Of a stretch of DNA of 64,000 bases, positions 45,473 to 55,773 are shown one piece after another. How positions within the stretch are numbered: position 1 is the first letter of the stretch; every line of letters begins with the position of its first letter. Source of the stretch: an uncultured Clostridium sp. (GTDB lineage: Bacteria > Bacillota > Clostridia > TANB77 > CAG-508); contig CAYJGL010000001.1 in the NCBI GenBank assembly GCA_964369695.1, positions 123,450 through 187,449 on the forward strand, given 5' to 3'. A model generated the notes under the pieces. It saw only the letters and a list, made by a program, of their open reading frames with translations, searched no databases and had not been told where the DNA came from. Position numbers and translations under genes: made by a program.

Positions 45473-46504
45473 TTATTTATAAAAATAATTTTCTAATATA
45501 TCATCATCCCACATATTTATCTGACATGTATATGGTCCGTAACCAATATGAGTTGGTTTTCTCAAATCAGGATTATTTTTAAATAAATATAAATCTTCTT
45601 CTCTCATGTAATTTATAAAATTTAAAAATATATAATCTGGTTCTAAAAATTCTATCATTCTTTTATATTGCATTTTACTAAATGTAAAAATTCTTCTAAC
45701 TTTATTAGTAACAGTAGTATATTCTTTTTCTAATTTCAAATCATCCCAAGATAATTCTATACTATCATCATAAGTTGGGCCACTCGTTCCTATAATTTTA
45801 CCATTTTTATCTGTAGGATTAGCAACTCTAATAGGATATGTTCGAACTGTTGTTATACACGATCCCATATATTTTGGATGCAAACACAAATCTGCCAATA
45901 CAGCACTTGGTATAACATCAACAGAAGTGCAATATGGATAAGATAATCCACTATTAATACCCAAATCAAATCCTTGACCAGTTTCAACTAATATATTTAA
46001 ATCTAAATCTAAATATTCTTTTAAATTAAATGATTTTTGTATAAATCTTTTTAAAGCTGGAGTATTCTCTGCTAATGGATTGGTTCTTAAAATTTTACTT
46101 GAACGAGCAGAACCACTACCAGATAATGTACTTCCAATATTTGTAAGAATATTATTTTCTGCTAGTTTATCATTATTTTCAATAACGGCAATTCTTGGAT
46201 GAAGTATGATTCTATCTTCATCTATATCAAATTTTTTAATTTCATGGAGAAATAAATCAACATCAATAACACATCCAGCAGACATGTATATTGTTGATCT
46301 TGGTTGTATAATTGCAGTTACTGGAATTAGTTTTGTTATATATTTTATATCATTATAATAAAAAGTATGTCCAGCATTTGGAGATAATCTTCCTACAACA
46401 ATATCAATATGATAATTTTCAGCTATATATGCTGCCATTAAACCTTTTCCTGTACTTCCAAATTGGCCATCAATAATCATATTTGCTTTGCCTGATTGGA
46501 TCAT
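45473..46504 (-). CDS. Adenylosuccinate synthetase family protein, short archaeal/PurZ-like form
   Basis: DGQFGSTGKG (PurA GTQWGDEGKG), SPNAGHT (NAGHT), GSTLSGSGSARSSK (GTTGRGIGPAYEDK), VETGQGFDLGINSGLSYPYCTS ([22 protein letters not shown]), TTVTNKVRR (GATTGRRRR). 343 aa. Track start 46528 is TTG; ATG at 46504. Confidence 0.7.
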   Translation of the reverse strand: MIQSGKANMIIDGQFGSTGKGLMAAYIAENYHIDIVVGRLSPNAGHTFYYNDIKYITKLIPVTAIIQPRSTIYMSAGCVIDVDLFLHEIKKFDIDEDRIILHPRIAVIENNDKLAENNILTNIGSTLSGSGSARSSKILRTNPLAENTPALKRFIQKSFNLKEYLDLDLNILVETGQGFDLGINSGLSYPYCTSVDVIPSAVLADLCLHPKYMGSCITTVRTYPIRVANPTDKNGKIIGTSGPTYDDSIELSWDDLKLEKEYTTVTNKVRRIFTFSKMQYKRMIEFLEPDYIFLNFINYMREEDLYLFKNNPDLRKPTHIGYGPYTCQINMWDDDILENYFYK

Positions 46505-46528
46505 TGATTTATTTCTCCATTTGATCAA

Positions 46529-46966
46529 TTAACTTAAAGATTCTTCTGGAAATGAAACGCCTATATTATTTTGAGAAACTCTTACAGTTAATCCATTCAC
46601 CTCAATATGCATTTTTAATGGAAAATGATTAAGAGTCAAATCTTCTTCTATAATATCAGATATTTCTTTTAATTCTTTTGGTAATTCATATTCAAAAAAT
46701 AATTTACGATTATGCGGATCATTAATAAATAATTGTTTATACAATAATTGTTCAAACAATTGTATTTTATCTTCACTTAAATTATTTGTTAAATATGCAC
46801 TATTCAAAATTTGATTAGTTTCATTCAATGAATATGTTCTAAATTGATTAGTTAGTGTTGATTTTTTTCTTAAACAATCTCCTATAAAATAGGAACTGAT
46901 CATACAACCATAATGATTTTGAGTTGCATTAGTTAAACCTGAACCTAATTGTTCACTCCAAGACAT
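46529..46966 (-). CDS. Hypothetical protein (145 aa) immediately upstream of the PurA-like gene
   Basis: ORF abutting the next gene. No motif recognised. Confidence 0.7.
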   Translation of the reverse strand: MSWSEQLGSGLTNATQNHYGCMISSYFIGDCLRKKSTLTNQFRTYSLNETNQILNSAYLTNNLSEDKIQLFEQLLYKQLFINDPHNRKLFFEYELPKELKEISDIIEEDLTLNHFPLKMHIEVNGLTVRVSQNNIGVSFPEESLS

Positions 46967-46978
46967 ATTTTCTTCTCC

Positions 46979-49900
46979 TTATTTATAAATTTCTTCAAAT
47001 ATTTTTTCTATTTTGGATATATATGAATAATGAATTCTACGACCTAAAATATAATTTGCTACTGAATCAGAAAAACCATCATCAAACAATGCTTGTATTA
47101 TTTCTGTCCATATGTTAATATAATTTTCATCATTTACAGATACAGCATAATTGCTATATGGTAATCCCAACTTATGAATAATATCATTAGTACATGATCC
47201 ATTAATGTCAAATTCAATTAATATTTCTTTAAAATCATCTATTGTTATATATGTTGGAACCCAAATTTGATAATATTGTAATAAAACATGATATTGTAAA
47301 GTTGCATTTTTAAGACCATATGATATACCATCATGATATGATAAAATAAATGGTAAATGATTAGTAGCATGTTTTATTAAAGTATGATCTATAGTTGTAC
47401 TATCTATTAGAGACATGTCCATCTGTTCAACACAATATTGTAATTCTTCTTCTGTTGAATTAACGTCTTTTAATACATCATATATTCCACCCAAATCTAC
47501 AGTTACGTCTAAAACATCATCATAACTGGCTTTTGAATATTTTAAAAGAATTTGATCAAACATATCTGCATCAATATTACTTTCAAGTATAACTTCTTTA
47601 ACTAATTCTTTATTTGATTCAAGAGGTGATCTCACTAAAAAAGTAAGATAACCATTTTGTAATAATATATCTGGCATAAATGATTGAGCTAATTTTATTA
47701 ATAAAATATCTATAACTTTAGCTTCAATTCGTTTAGATTTTAATAAAGATATTAATGCTGATATATCATCAAGTTCACTTTCCGGATTAGATAAAATGGA
47801 AATTGTCCATGCAAGTTCTTCTGATATATCTAATATATGTTCATGCAGATTTATATGATTATATATTAAATTATCAAATACTTTAATATGAGCATTATTT
47901 GTTTTTAATTTATTTAATATTGTTTTTAATTCATCAATCTCTAGTTCTTTTATTAATTGACCATATAATCCATCTGTTCCAACTCGTGAATAAACTGATA
48001 GATAAAGTTCTCCAGTATAATATATTAAAACATCATCTATTTTATCAAACGGAGTATTATGTGACTTCATAATTGAAATTATTGAATTTATCGTAGTTAC
48101 TGTCAATTTATCATCAGATAATTTATTATAAAAATTACTAATAATTCCAATTTTTTCAAAAATCCTTGGGAAATGAATAGAACCATACTTTGATAAAATA
48201 ACATCAATAACATCACTACTAAGTCCATCATTATATGCGTCAGTTAAAGATCTTATGACATGATCTTCTTTGTTAACATCATTTAAAGAATTATAAACAT
48301 TAGACGTAAATTCTAATAATACTGGTAAATGGCTTCTTGCATATTTAAATATTATTTTGTCTATCATGTCTGGATGAACTTCAAATTGAGTCAATTTATC
48401 CAATGCATATTGCATTTCATCTACTTTAGTAGATGATGTTTTTAAACTTTTATAAATACCATCAGTATATTCAAGAACATGTGGTAAATGAACTTTACCA
48501 TATGTTAAAACAATATCATCAATCAAATCATCAGAAAGGTTTGCTGTTTTTAATTTATTTATAACATATTCTAATTCTTCTAAAGTGCTATTTTCATTTT
48601 GTAGAGTTTCAGATATTTCAGATTTAATTTCAAATATATTTGGTAAATATTTTACTCCATATTCTAAAATAATATCATCTATTTGATATGAAGGTATATT
48701 TTTACTAACAATATAATCAACAATAGAAGTTGCATCTTCTAATCTTGAATTTTCACTTATAAGACGGGAATATACTCCATTTGTTAGCGTTAATATAGAT
48801 GGTAAAAATGAATTAGCATATTCAAAAACAATTTCATCAATTAAATGATCATTTACTTTATATTCTTGTATTTTTTTAATATCTGCTGTAATTATTTCAA
48901 AATCTGTTTCCGAATTATTAAAATGATTATAAATTTCACTTATATTATTTGCTATTCCAAATATATTTAAATAATTTTCATGACCATATGTTAATAAAAT
49001 ATCATCGACTAATTCAGGTTCGATAGTTTCTAATCTAATCTTTTCTATATTTGATGTTAATTCATCTAAAGAACTTTCATTATTCTTAAGAACATCAGCT
49101 AAACCAGTTATATTATAAGATAATAATTCTGGCATTAAATGTTGACCATATTTTAATAAAATAGTATCTATAACATCAATAGGAACTTCATGCAATTTAA
49201 GATAATAATATGTGTTCAATCCCTGTTCTAATGTTGTTGCTTTTTCTAAAGGTTCTTTAATATATGGTTTATAAGCCCATAAATAATCACTAAATCTAGA
49301 GGCATATCTCAATAAGATTTTATCAACAGTTAATGGATCAATCGGACAAGAAGCTATATAATTCATTATAACACTAGCTCTTTCTAATGTCAAATCTGGA
49401 TCTATTAATTCTAAAGATAAACCAAGATTATAATCTAAAGCTTCTGGTAAAAATCTTTCACCATAGTGTAAAAAAATATCATCAATAATTTCTGGACAAA
49501 GATTATGTTGATCCAAATAATCAATTAAAGAAGTAGTATCTTCTAAAGTTGTCATAGGATTGATCATATCATTATAAAATAAAGATTTTTCACTAAATAA
49601 ATTATTGATTTGATTTTTACCATAACGGAAAATAATATCATCATATAGTGCTGGTGTTATATTATCAATATTAGTTAAAGTATCTCTTACTGAAAAAATT
49701 TCATCATCTTTGGCATCATAATCACAAGCTACTGTAACTAAACCATCAGGAACATACTCTAATAAAGTTGGTAGAAATTTATTATAATATATTAATGTTT
49801 GATCAATTTTATCAGAAGGTACCCCAATACTATGCAAATAATCAACTCGAGATAATGCAGTATCAAAAGAAGTTGTATCAATTAATAATTCATAATTTTG

Positions 49901-50752
49901 AGGAGTTTCTTGGATTATAGTTGGCAAGAACTGTGAACCCCATCTTAAAATACTTCTTTCTAAGAAATAATATTTATCAAAATCATCTTTATCTTTATTA
50001 ATTTCATCAGCAAATGTATAAATAAATTGAGGAACGTCCATTGCTTGCTCTAATGTCGTAGTTCCATTATGATTTAATAAAATATCTCTATATCCTGGTA
50101 GAGTACATAAACATATATTTTTTTCATGTTTAATACCAGTAAAAGTTTTAGGTGGCCAATGTTCCCAATAATCTGTATATGACCAATCAAAATCAGTATA
50201 GTTAAATAACGGAGCATCTGGTTTTTCACCTATATCAATATTTGGTTCTCTTATTAAATTAGGAATTACTGGCTTGTTTATTCCTTGTTTGGTATATTCC
50301 CCACTTAAAAGACGACCACTCATATCTTTCCAATTACCAAGATATGCATCTATACAATATTCTATCTCAATAGGTTTTTCTTCAAGAGTTTCATAATCTG
50401 TTAATGGAGGTCTAGAACAATAACCATCTTGCCAACGATCTTCCATTTGAGAATTAGTATTTAATCTCTTTAATTTAGTTTCTGAATGATCTGATCTTTG
50501 TTCCCAGTCTCCTTTATCCTCTTCCCATTTTTCTACAGGAGTTACTAATTTACCCTGATCATTGAAAAAAGTAGGATCATCTTGTCTGTAATAAGTAGCA
50601 TCTGGAGGTTGAACTCTTGTTGGGGATAATTGATCATCATCATTATCATGAATACTTTTTAATATTAATGGATCGATATAAGGTTCTTCTGAATTTTTTT
50701 CTATATTCTCAAAATTTTCATTTGTTTGACACATGAAGTTTAACTCCTTCAA
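46979..50752 (-). CDS. 1257-aa protein with about 16 tandem ~55-residue helical-type repeats
   Basis: Repeat core (I/V)D(D/x)I(L/I/V)(L/F)xYGxxxLPxxL preceded by (T/S)LE(E/D)xxxxIxxL. Examples: IDDIFLHYGERFLPEAL, IDTILLKYGQHLMPELL, IDDIILEYGVKYLPNIF, IDDIVLTYGKVHLPHVL, IDKIIFKYARSHLPVLL. Confidence 0.85.
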   Translation of the reverse strand: MKELNFMCQTNENFENIEKNSEEPYIDPLILKSIHDNDDDQLSPTRVQPPDATYYRQDDPTFFNDQGKLVTPVEKWEEDKGDWEQRSDHSETKLKRLNTNSQMEDRWQDGYCSRPPLTDYETLEEKPIEIEYCIDAYLGNWKDMSGRLLSGEYTKQGINKPVIPNLIREPNIDIGEKPDAPLFNYTDFDWSYTDYWEHWPPKTFTGIKHEKNICLCTLPGYRDILLNHNGTTTLEQAMDVPQFIYTFADEINKDKDDFDKYYFLERSILRWGSQFLPTIIQETPQNYELLIDTTSFDTALSRVDYLHSIGVPSDKIDQTLIYYNKFLPTLLEYVPDGLVTVACDYDAKDDEIFSVRDTLTNIDNITPALYDDIIFRYGKNQINNLFSEKSLFYNDMINPMTTLEDTTSLIDYLDQHNLCPEIIDDIFLHYGERFLPEALDYNLGLSLELIDPDLTLERASVIMNYIASCPIDPLTVDKILLRYASRFSDYLWAYKPYIKEPLEKATTLEQGLNTYYYLKLHEVPIDVIDTILLKYGQHLMPELLSYNITGLADVLKNNESSLDELTSNIEKIRLETIEPELVDDILLTYGHENYLNIFGIANNISEIYNHFNNSETDFEIITADIKKIQEYKVNDHLIDEIVFEYANSFLPSILTLTNGVYSRLISENSRLEDATSIVDYIVSKNIPSYQIDDIILEYGVKYLPNIFEIKSEISETLQNENSTLEELEYVINKLKTANLSDDLIDDIVLTYGKVHLPHVLEYTDGIYKSLKTSSTKVDEMQYALDKLTQFEVHPDMIDKIIFKYARSHLPVLLEFTSNVYNSLNDVNKEDHVIRSLTDAYNDGLSSDVIDVILSKYGSIHFPRIFEKIGIISNFYNKLSDDKLTVTTINSIISIMKSHNTPFDKIDDVLIYYTGELYLSVYSRVGTDGLYGQLIKELEIDELKTILNKLKTNNAHIKVFDNLIYNHINLHEHILDISEELAWTISILSNPESELDDISALISLLKSKRIEAKVIDILLIKLAQSFMPDILLQNGYLTFLVRSPLESNKELVKEVILESNIDADMFDQILLKYSKASYDDVLDVTVDLGGIYDVLKDVNSTEEELQYCVEQMDMSLIDSTTIDHTLIKHATNHLPFILSYHDGISYGLKNATLQYHVLLQYYQIWVPTYITIDDFKEILIEFDINGSCTNDIIHKLGLPYSNYAVSVNDENYINIWTEIIQALFDDGFSDSVANYILGRRIHYSYISKIEKIFEEIYK
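47150..49850. repeat. Coding tandem array of ~165-nt (~55-aa) repeat units, about 16 copies, diverged
   Basis: Periodic recurrence of the ID.I...YG...LP motif in the translated protein. Coordinates are approximate. Confidence 0.7.
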
Positions 50753-50786
50753 TTTATATAAAATAGTTTATTCTTTTATTTTATTT

Positions 50787-50800
50787 TATAGAGATATAAT
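50787..50800 (+). promoter_or_regulatory. Promoter-like motif variant TATAGAGATATAAT
   Basis: 38 nt upstream of helicase ATG 50839, in a divergent intergenic region. Confidence 0.3.
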
Positions 50801-50838
50801 ATAAAATAAATAATTTTTTGTTTGACAAAGGAGGAAAA

Positions 50839-52584
50839 ATGTCAGATAATACTAATTTAGATGATAATATTAAAATTTATTTTCCATTTAAAGAATTCAG
50901 AACTGATCAATATGAAACTATAAAAACGATACTTGAAAGTTTTATAGATAAGAATAATGACAAGTTTATTTTAGAAGCTCCAACCGGAACAGGAAAATCA
51001 GTAATCGGATATACTGTTGGAAAAGTTCTTCATGATTACTATAAAAAGAACGATGATAAATATGAATTTAAACCTTCCAGTCCTCCAATCATAATATGCA
51101 CTTCAACAAAACAATTACAACAACAATATGCTGATACATTCAAAAGATTTAATGTTAGAAGCATATGGTCATCGCAAAATTATAATTGTGCAAATCCTCA
51201 AAACAAAGGAGATGATGTTAAATATGGACAAAATAATTGTCTTGGAACAAAATGTCCATTTCTATCAAAATGTACATATTATATAGATCTTAAAAAATTT
51301 AATAAGGCGGATGTTGGTATTTGTAATTACCACTATTTTTTAAATAAAAAAACTTTAAGTTCGAAAATATTAATTTTAGATGAAGCACATAATCTACAAA
51401 ACATATTATGTGATTATTCATCTTTAAAATTATCAAAATGGTTTTTCGACAGAATAACTTCTCAAATAAAAAAATATTCTGTTAAAGTAAAATTAAAAGA
51501 AACTGAATTATTTGAATCTTTTCAAAAATTATTTTTCATTCCAATTGATAAATTAGAGAATGGAGTATTTTATGAATATGCAGAGGAACTTTTAACAAAA
51601 TTAAAAGATATAAATAAAAAATTATCAGCAGAATATGAAGAGATTAGAAATCAATTTAATGATGAAGAGGATTTAGAAAATAATAAATTATTACACAGCC
51701 AATTAAAAAATATTGGAATAATTTTAGATTCTTTAAAATCAACTATAAATAAATTAAAGAATTATTTAAAATCAATAGTCAAATGGGTTGTATCAGAATT
51801 AGATATAACAAAATATAAAATTACAATTAAACCTTTAGAAATTTCAGAATGTATGAAATTGTTTGAGAATAATGGTACTAAAATATTATTCATGTCTGCA
51901 ACAATATGTGGACACAAACAATATATTCAAGAATTAGGATTAGACGGATTAGTAGATACATTATCTACGAAATGTTTATTTCCAATTCAAAACAGAAAGG
52001 TATACAATCTTCAATCTGCTTTTTTAAATTATAAAAACAAAAAAGAAGTTTTGCCAGTAATGGTTAAAGAGATTGATAAAATCATTAACTGGATGACCTC
52101 GAATTGGACAAAACCAATAGGAGGAGTAATTCATACTGTTAGTTTTGAAAATGCTCATTTTATAAAACAACATTCTCAATACAAAGATGTTTTATTTACT
52201 CCTGATAAAAATGAAATGCTAAATTTGAACAATATATTAAAAGAGAGAGGCCCTACTATTCTAAATTCTCCTTCTATTTTAGAAGGAGTTGATTTAATGG
52301 ACGATTTATCTCGTTTTCAAATATTTATGAAAGTTCCTTATGCACATTTAGGAGACAGATGGGTTAATCTAAAAAAAGAATTAGATCCTATTTGGTACTC
52401 AAGAGATACAATTATTAAAATAGTTCAAGGAAGTGGACGTTCTATTCGTTCCATGGAAGATTGGGCTTGGACATTTATATTAGATTCAAATTTTAATATA
52501 TTACTTAATCGAAATAGTCAATTATTTCCAACATGGTTTAAAGAATCTATTATAGGAAATTGTCAAGAGGAGAATTTTAAATGA
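50839..52584 (+). CDS. DinG/XPD (Rad3)-family Fe-S DNA helicase
   Basis: LEAPTGTGKS (motif I), ILILDEAHNL (DEAH). Cys cluster CANPQ...CLGTKCPFLSKC lies between them. C-terminal GSGRSIRSMEDWAWTFILDSNF (motif VI). Track start 50818 is TTG; ATG at 50839 follows AAAGGAGG. Confidence 0.8.
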   Translation: MSDNTNLDDNIKIYFPFKEFRTDQYETIKTILESFIDKNNDKFILEAPTGTGKSVIGYTVGKVLHDYYKKNDDKYEFKPSSPPIIICTSTKQLQQQYADTFKRFNVRSIWSSQNYNCANPQNKGDDVKYGQNNCLGTKCPFLSKCTYYIDLKKFNKADVGICNYHYFLNKKTLSSKILILDEAHNLQNILCDYSSLKLSKWFFDRITSQIKKYSVKVKLKETELFESFQKLFFIPIDKLENGVFYEYAEELLTKLKDINKKLSAEYEEIRNQFNDEEDLENNKLLHSQLKNIGIILDSLKSTINKLKNYLKSIVKWVVSELDITKYKITIKPLEISECMKLFENNGTKILFMSATICGHKQYIQELGLDGLVDTLSTKCLFPIQNRKVYNLQSAFLNYKNKKEVLPVMVKEIDKIINWMTSNWTKPIGGVIHTVSFENAHFIKQHSQYKDVLFTPDKNEMLNLNNILKERGPTILNSPSILEGVDLMDDLSRFQIFMKVPYAHLGDRWVNLKKELDPIWYSRDTIIKIVQGSGRSIRSMEDWAWTFILDSNFNILLNRNSQLFPTWFKESIIGNCQEENFK

Positions 52585-52769
52585 ATAATATAATCAATAT
52601 ACTATTTATAATGTTTTATTTTATAATATATGGTTGTTTATTATTAATCATATATGTAACAAATCCATTATATCGAATTTTAGAACATTTATCTAAAATA
52701 GGAATTAAAAGAGGCATATCCAAAGAATACTTTTTATTAACCAAAATAAATTCTAAAAAACCAAAATAA
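52581..52769 (+). CDS. Small membrane protein (62 aa)
   Basis: IINILFIMFYFIIYGCLLLIIYV TM segment. ATGA overlap with the helicase stop; terminator follows. Confidence 0.55.
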   Translation: MNNIINILFIMFYFIIYGCLLLIIYVTNPLYRILEHLSKIGIKRGISKEYFLLTKINSKKPK

Positions 52770-52780
52770 AAAAATAATAT

Positions 52781-52816
52781 AAAGTGGGTTCTATAATAGA
52801 ACCCACTTTTTTTATT
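52781..52816. terminator. Bidirectional rho-independent terminator at a convergent junction
   Basis: 13-bp perfect stem AAAGTGGGTTCTA (52781-52793) / TAGAACCCACTTT (52797-52809), followed by TTTTTTATT. Confidence 0.8.
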
Positions 52817-53450
52817 TATAAATTAATGGCAATTTAAGATGAAATGGAAAATGATTATAATCATGATATATTTTATAACAATAATGAGAACATGAAATTA
52901 TTAAATTATTGCCTTCTAAACTATAATTATTGTAAAATCCTATTTCTTTAAATAAATTTAAATTAAGGTTATTATCAAATTCAAAATAACCTATTATTTT
53001 TTTAGACATTATATTATTTTTTTCTAATATACAATGTAATACTTCGATTCTATTATCACAAATAACACACAATGTGTAAATTATATTTTTTTTAGTGTTA
53101 TAATGAGGATTGCCGCTAAGTATATAAACTTCTTTTTCATTACATTTATATATCCCACTACCATACAATCCATCTTGTCTAATAATAGGTATAATTTTAT
53201 TTTGATTTAAACAATCAGTATTGAATAAAAAATCATAAGTATAATAATCATGATATACAACATCTTCATCATCTTCATAATCAAAATCAAAATATTTAAC
53301 ATAACATATATTATTTGGATATTGTAATGATAAATCTAGAACATCATCATCTGATATTGTTCTTTCTAAATGATCTTCATATTCATTAAAATCTATTTCT
53401 TTTAAAGTTAATTTAGATATATAATTATCATAGATATATTCTGAAATCAT
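52812..53450 (-). CDS. Hypothetical protein (212 aa)
   Basis: ORF in a short minus block. No motif. Confidence 0.7.
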   Translation of the reverse strand: MISEYIYDNYISKLTLKEIDFNEYEDHLERTISDDDVLDLSLQYPNNICYVKYFDFDYEDDEDVVYHDYYTYDFLFNTDCLNQNKIIPIIRQDGLYGSGIYKCNEKEVYILSGNPHYNTKKNIIYTLCVICDNRIEVLHCILEKNNIMSKKIIGYFEFDNNLNLNLFKEIGFYNNYSLEGNNLIISCSHYCYKIYHDYNHFPFHLKLPLIYK

Positions 53451-53468
53451 AATTATTTAATCCTAAAA

Positions 53469-53834
53469 TTAAAATAAAAAAGTTATATTTTGATATACTT
53501 TTAATTGATATATGTTTGGTTGTATTATTTTTTCAAAAATATTATATTTATTAGCTAATCCTGCTCCTAATTTTGATATTAAAAAAGTATTATTTTGTTT
53601 TGTTTTAATTTCTAATATTAATTTATTCAATTCATTTATAAATACAGGATAGTATTCATCTGGTTTATAAAAACTAGAAGGATTATTATTTGGATATTTC
53701 TTTGTTATAAAACCAAAAGTATTAGGTTCATCTCTTAATTTAGCAGCTCCCCCTTTTCCTTTACGTAATAAATTATCACCATAAACAAATATTAAATTTG
53801 GATATTTTTTTAAATAATCGGATGTTATATACAT
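53469..53834 (-). CDS. Hypothetical protein (121 aa) with N-terminal IFVYGDNLLRKGKGGAA motif
   Basis: The motif resembles a conserved viral/phage small-protein family (ifvfG.N..g..G.GaA) whose name I cannot place. Confidence 0.65.
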   Translation of the reverse strand: MYITSDYLKKYPNLIFVYGDNLLRKGKGGAAKLRDEPNTFGFITKKYPNNNPSSFYKPDEYYPVFINELNKLILEIKTKQNNTFLISKLGAGLANKYNIFEKIIQPNIYQLKVYQNITFLF

Positions 53835-55072
53835 TATATATCCTTTTTATTTTCTTCTAATTCCAATTTAGAACCATTCATCATCAAAGATAAAGAATAT
53901 TCTTCAGCGAATTTTCTTATTTTATCTTGAGATAAATATGATAATTCTTTTGCAAATTCTAAAACTATAGCATTGAAAAATTGAGAGTATTGATTTAATA
54001 AAGATTCATAATTTTTATTTATAGTACTTAAAATATTCTTTTCTGTACTGTTGATTTTTCTCGAACGTATTAATTTTAATAATTCTTGATTTGTATTTTC
54101 ATAAGAATATTCATTTATAAGTTTTAAAGTTCTACTTTTATCTAGATGTTCTATAATAGGATTTTGTTGAATAGGACAATTTTCTATATTATTTCCTTCA
54201 ATCGCAGATATAGTACAACAAGATCCATAACCTACATTTGGATTAAATAAAAATGAACTCCACTGTTCAAACGTCATAAATATATCATATAACGGAGCTT
54301 TATTTGGTATTGGTATGAATTTAGAAATGTTGTCTTTAATTATTTCTACAGCTTCATATATTTGTAAGTTTACAATATTGATAGGAGTATATGAAACACC
54401 ATAAATATTTATTTTATCATTTTTTATATTATTTACTTTTATAACTCCAAATTTATTATTTCTATTAATATCGAGTTGATCTTCTATATTAACGTCTTTT
54501 ATATTATAACTATTTAACTTTGCAAAATTATTTACTTCCATCATTATATCAAAACAAATTTTTTCAAATATCTCATACAATTCACATTCAACATAAACTG
54601 AATTGCTTTTTAATAAATTAATATTATCTTTAATATTATTAAATATTTTATTTTTTAATTTAACATCAATATTCATATTCCCTAATTCTTGAAAAAATGA
54701 ACTATCTATTTGTGCTATTTTTTTGAAATATTCTGATATTTGTTTATACATTGATATTTTAGATTTTTTGGAAGATTGATCTTCTTGTGTTTCTATTTTA
54801 TTTCCATTCACATCAACATAAAACAATAAAGCACATGGAATATAAGTATCTGTATTAATAGAAGATACTAATAAAGCTAACTGTGAAGGATGCATATTTA
54901 AACTGAATAACTTTTGAGTAGGATGATAATGAGGATAACAATATTCGGATTGGTTTAATGAAATTTGACAAACCATATGAGAAGATTTACTTTCTATTCC
55001 AACAAAAATAGGTTTATTATAAATGGTATTGATTAAATTTAACATCCCATATGATGGATGATTTGTAAGCAT
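53834..55072 (-). CDS. Hypothetical protein (412 aa)
   Basis: Long ORF with a 1-nt overlap with the downstream gene. Confidence 0.8.
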   Translation of the reverse strand: MLTNHPSYGMLNLINTIYNKPIFVGIESKSSHMVCQISLNQSEYCYPHYHPTQKLFSLNMHPSQLALLVSSINTDTYIPCALLFYVDVNGNKIETQEDQSSKKSKISMYKQISEYFKKIAQIDSSFFQELGNMNIDVKLKNKIFNNIKDNINLLKSNSVYVECELYEIFEKICFDIMMEVNNFAKLNSYNIKDVNIEDQLDINRNNKFGVIKVNNIKNDKINIYGVSYTPINIVNLQIYEAVEIIKDNISKFIPIPNKAPLYDIFMTFEQWSSFLFNPNVGYGSCCTISAIEGNNIENCPIQQNPIIEHLDKSRTLKLINEYSYENTNQELLKLIRSRKINSTEKNILSTINKNYESLLNQYSQFFNAIVLEFAKELSYLSQDKIRKFAEEYSLSLMMNGSKLELEENKKDI

Positions 55073-55105
55073 GATATATCTCCTTTAAAATTTTATTATT
55101 AATAT

Positions 55106-55696
55106 CTATATTATTTTTTTATATAATAAATCTAGTTTAATAAATATTTTCTTAAGAGTATACCATGTGTGATATAATTGTTTATCTAAAAGTTTATAAT
55201 GACGCCAAAAACCATTTCTTATAAATTCAAATTCTTCTTTTTTTACATTTTTATATAATAATTTAAATTCGTTAAATGTTATCACTAAATTTAAATAATA
55301 TTCATCTATATCTTTCCATTTATCTTTTGTCATTTTTATTTTCTTACTTAATATAGATTCCATCTCTAATAATCCTGGATGATTATGAAAATGGTGATAT
55401 AATTGAAATTGTATTAATTTTGATAATAATAAAAGATACCTATCTTTTTCATTCATATAATATGATGTTGTAGAAAAAGTTATTATAGGTATAGCTTTAT
55501 CCAAATCTCTAGAATTTATGATTATATTATTTTGTACTAACGGCAGAAATGTATATTTTTTATATAAAAATTCTATATTTTGTTTAATTTCTAATTCATA
55601 TATATTATCTGGATTAGCAACAATTACATCAACATCTGGTTTTAAATAAGATTTACAAATATCATAAGCTTCAGATTCATAATTATTAGAAGACAT
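55106..55696 (-). CDS. Hypothetical protein (196 aa)
   Basis: First gene of the short minus block. Confidence 0.7.
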   Translation of the reverse strand: MSSNNYESEAYDICKSYLKPDVDVIVANPDNIYELEIKQNIEFLYKKYTFLPLVQNNIIINSRDLDKAIPIITFSTTSYYMNEKDRYLLLLSKLIQFQLYHHFHNHPGLLEMESILSKKIKMTKDKWKDIDEYYLNLVITFNEFKLLYKNVKKEEFEFIRNGFWRHYKLLDKQLYHTWYTLKKIFIKLDLLYKKII

Positions 55697-55726
55697 TTTA
55701 AAATCCTTATGTTTTTTTGATATTCA

Positions 55727-55740
55727 ATATATAGATATAT
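55727..55740 (+). promoter_or_regulatory. Promoter-like motif ATATATAGATATAT
   Basis: 33 nt upstream of ATG 55774. Confidence 0.35.
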
Positions 55741-55773
55741 GATATAAACATTTAACCCACAAAGGAGGCACTT

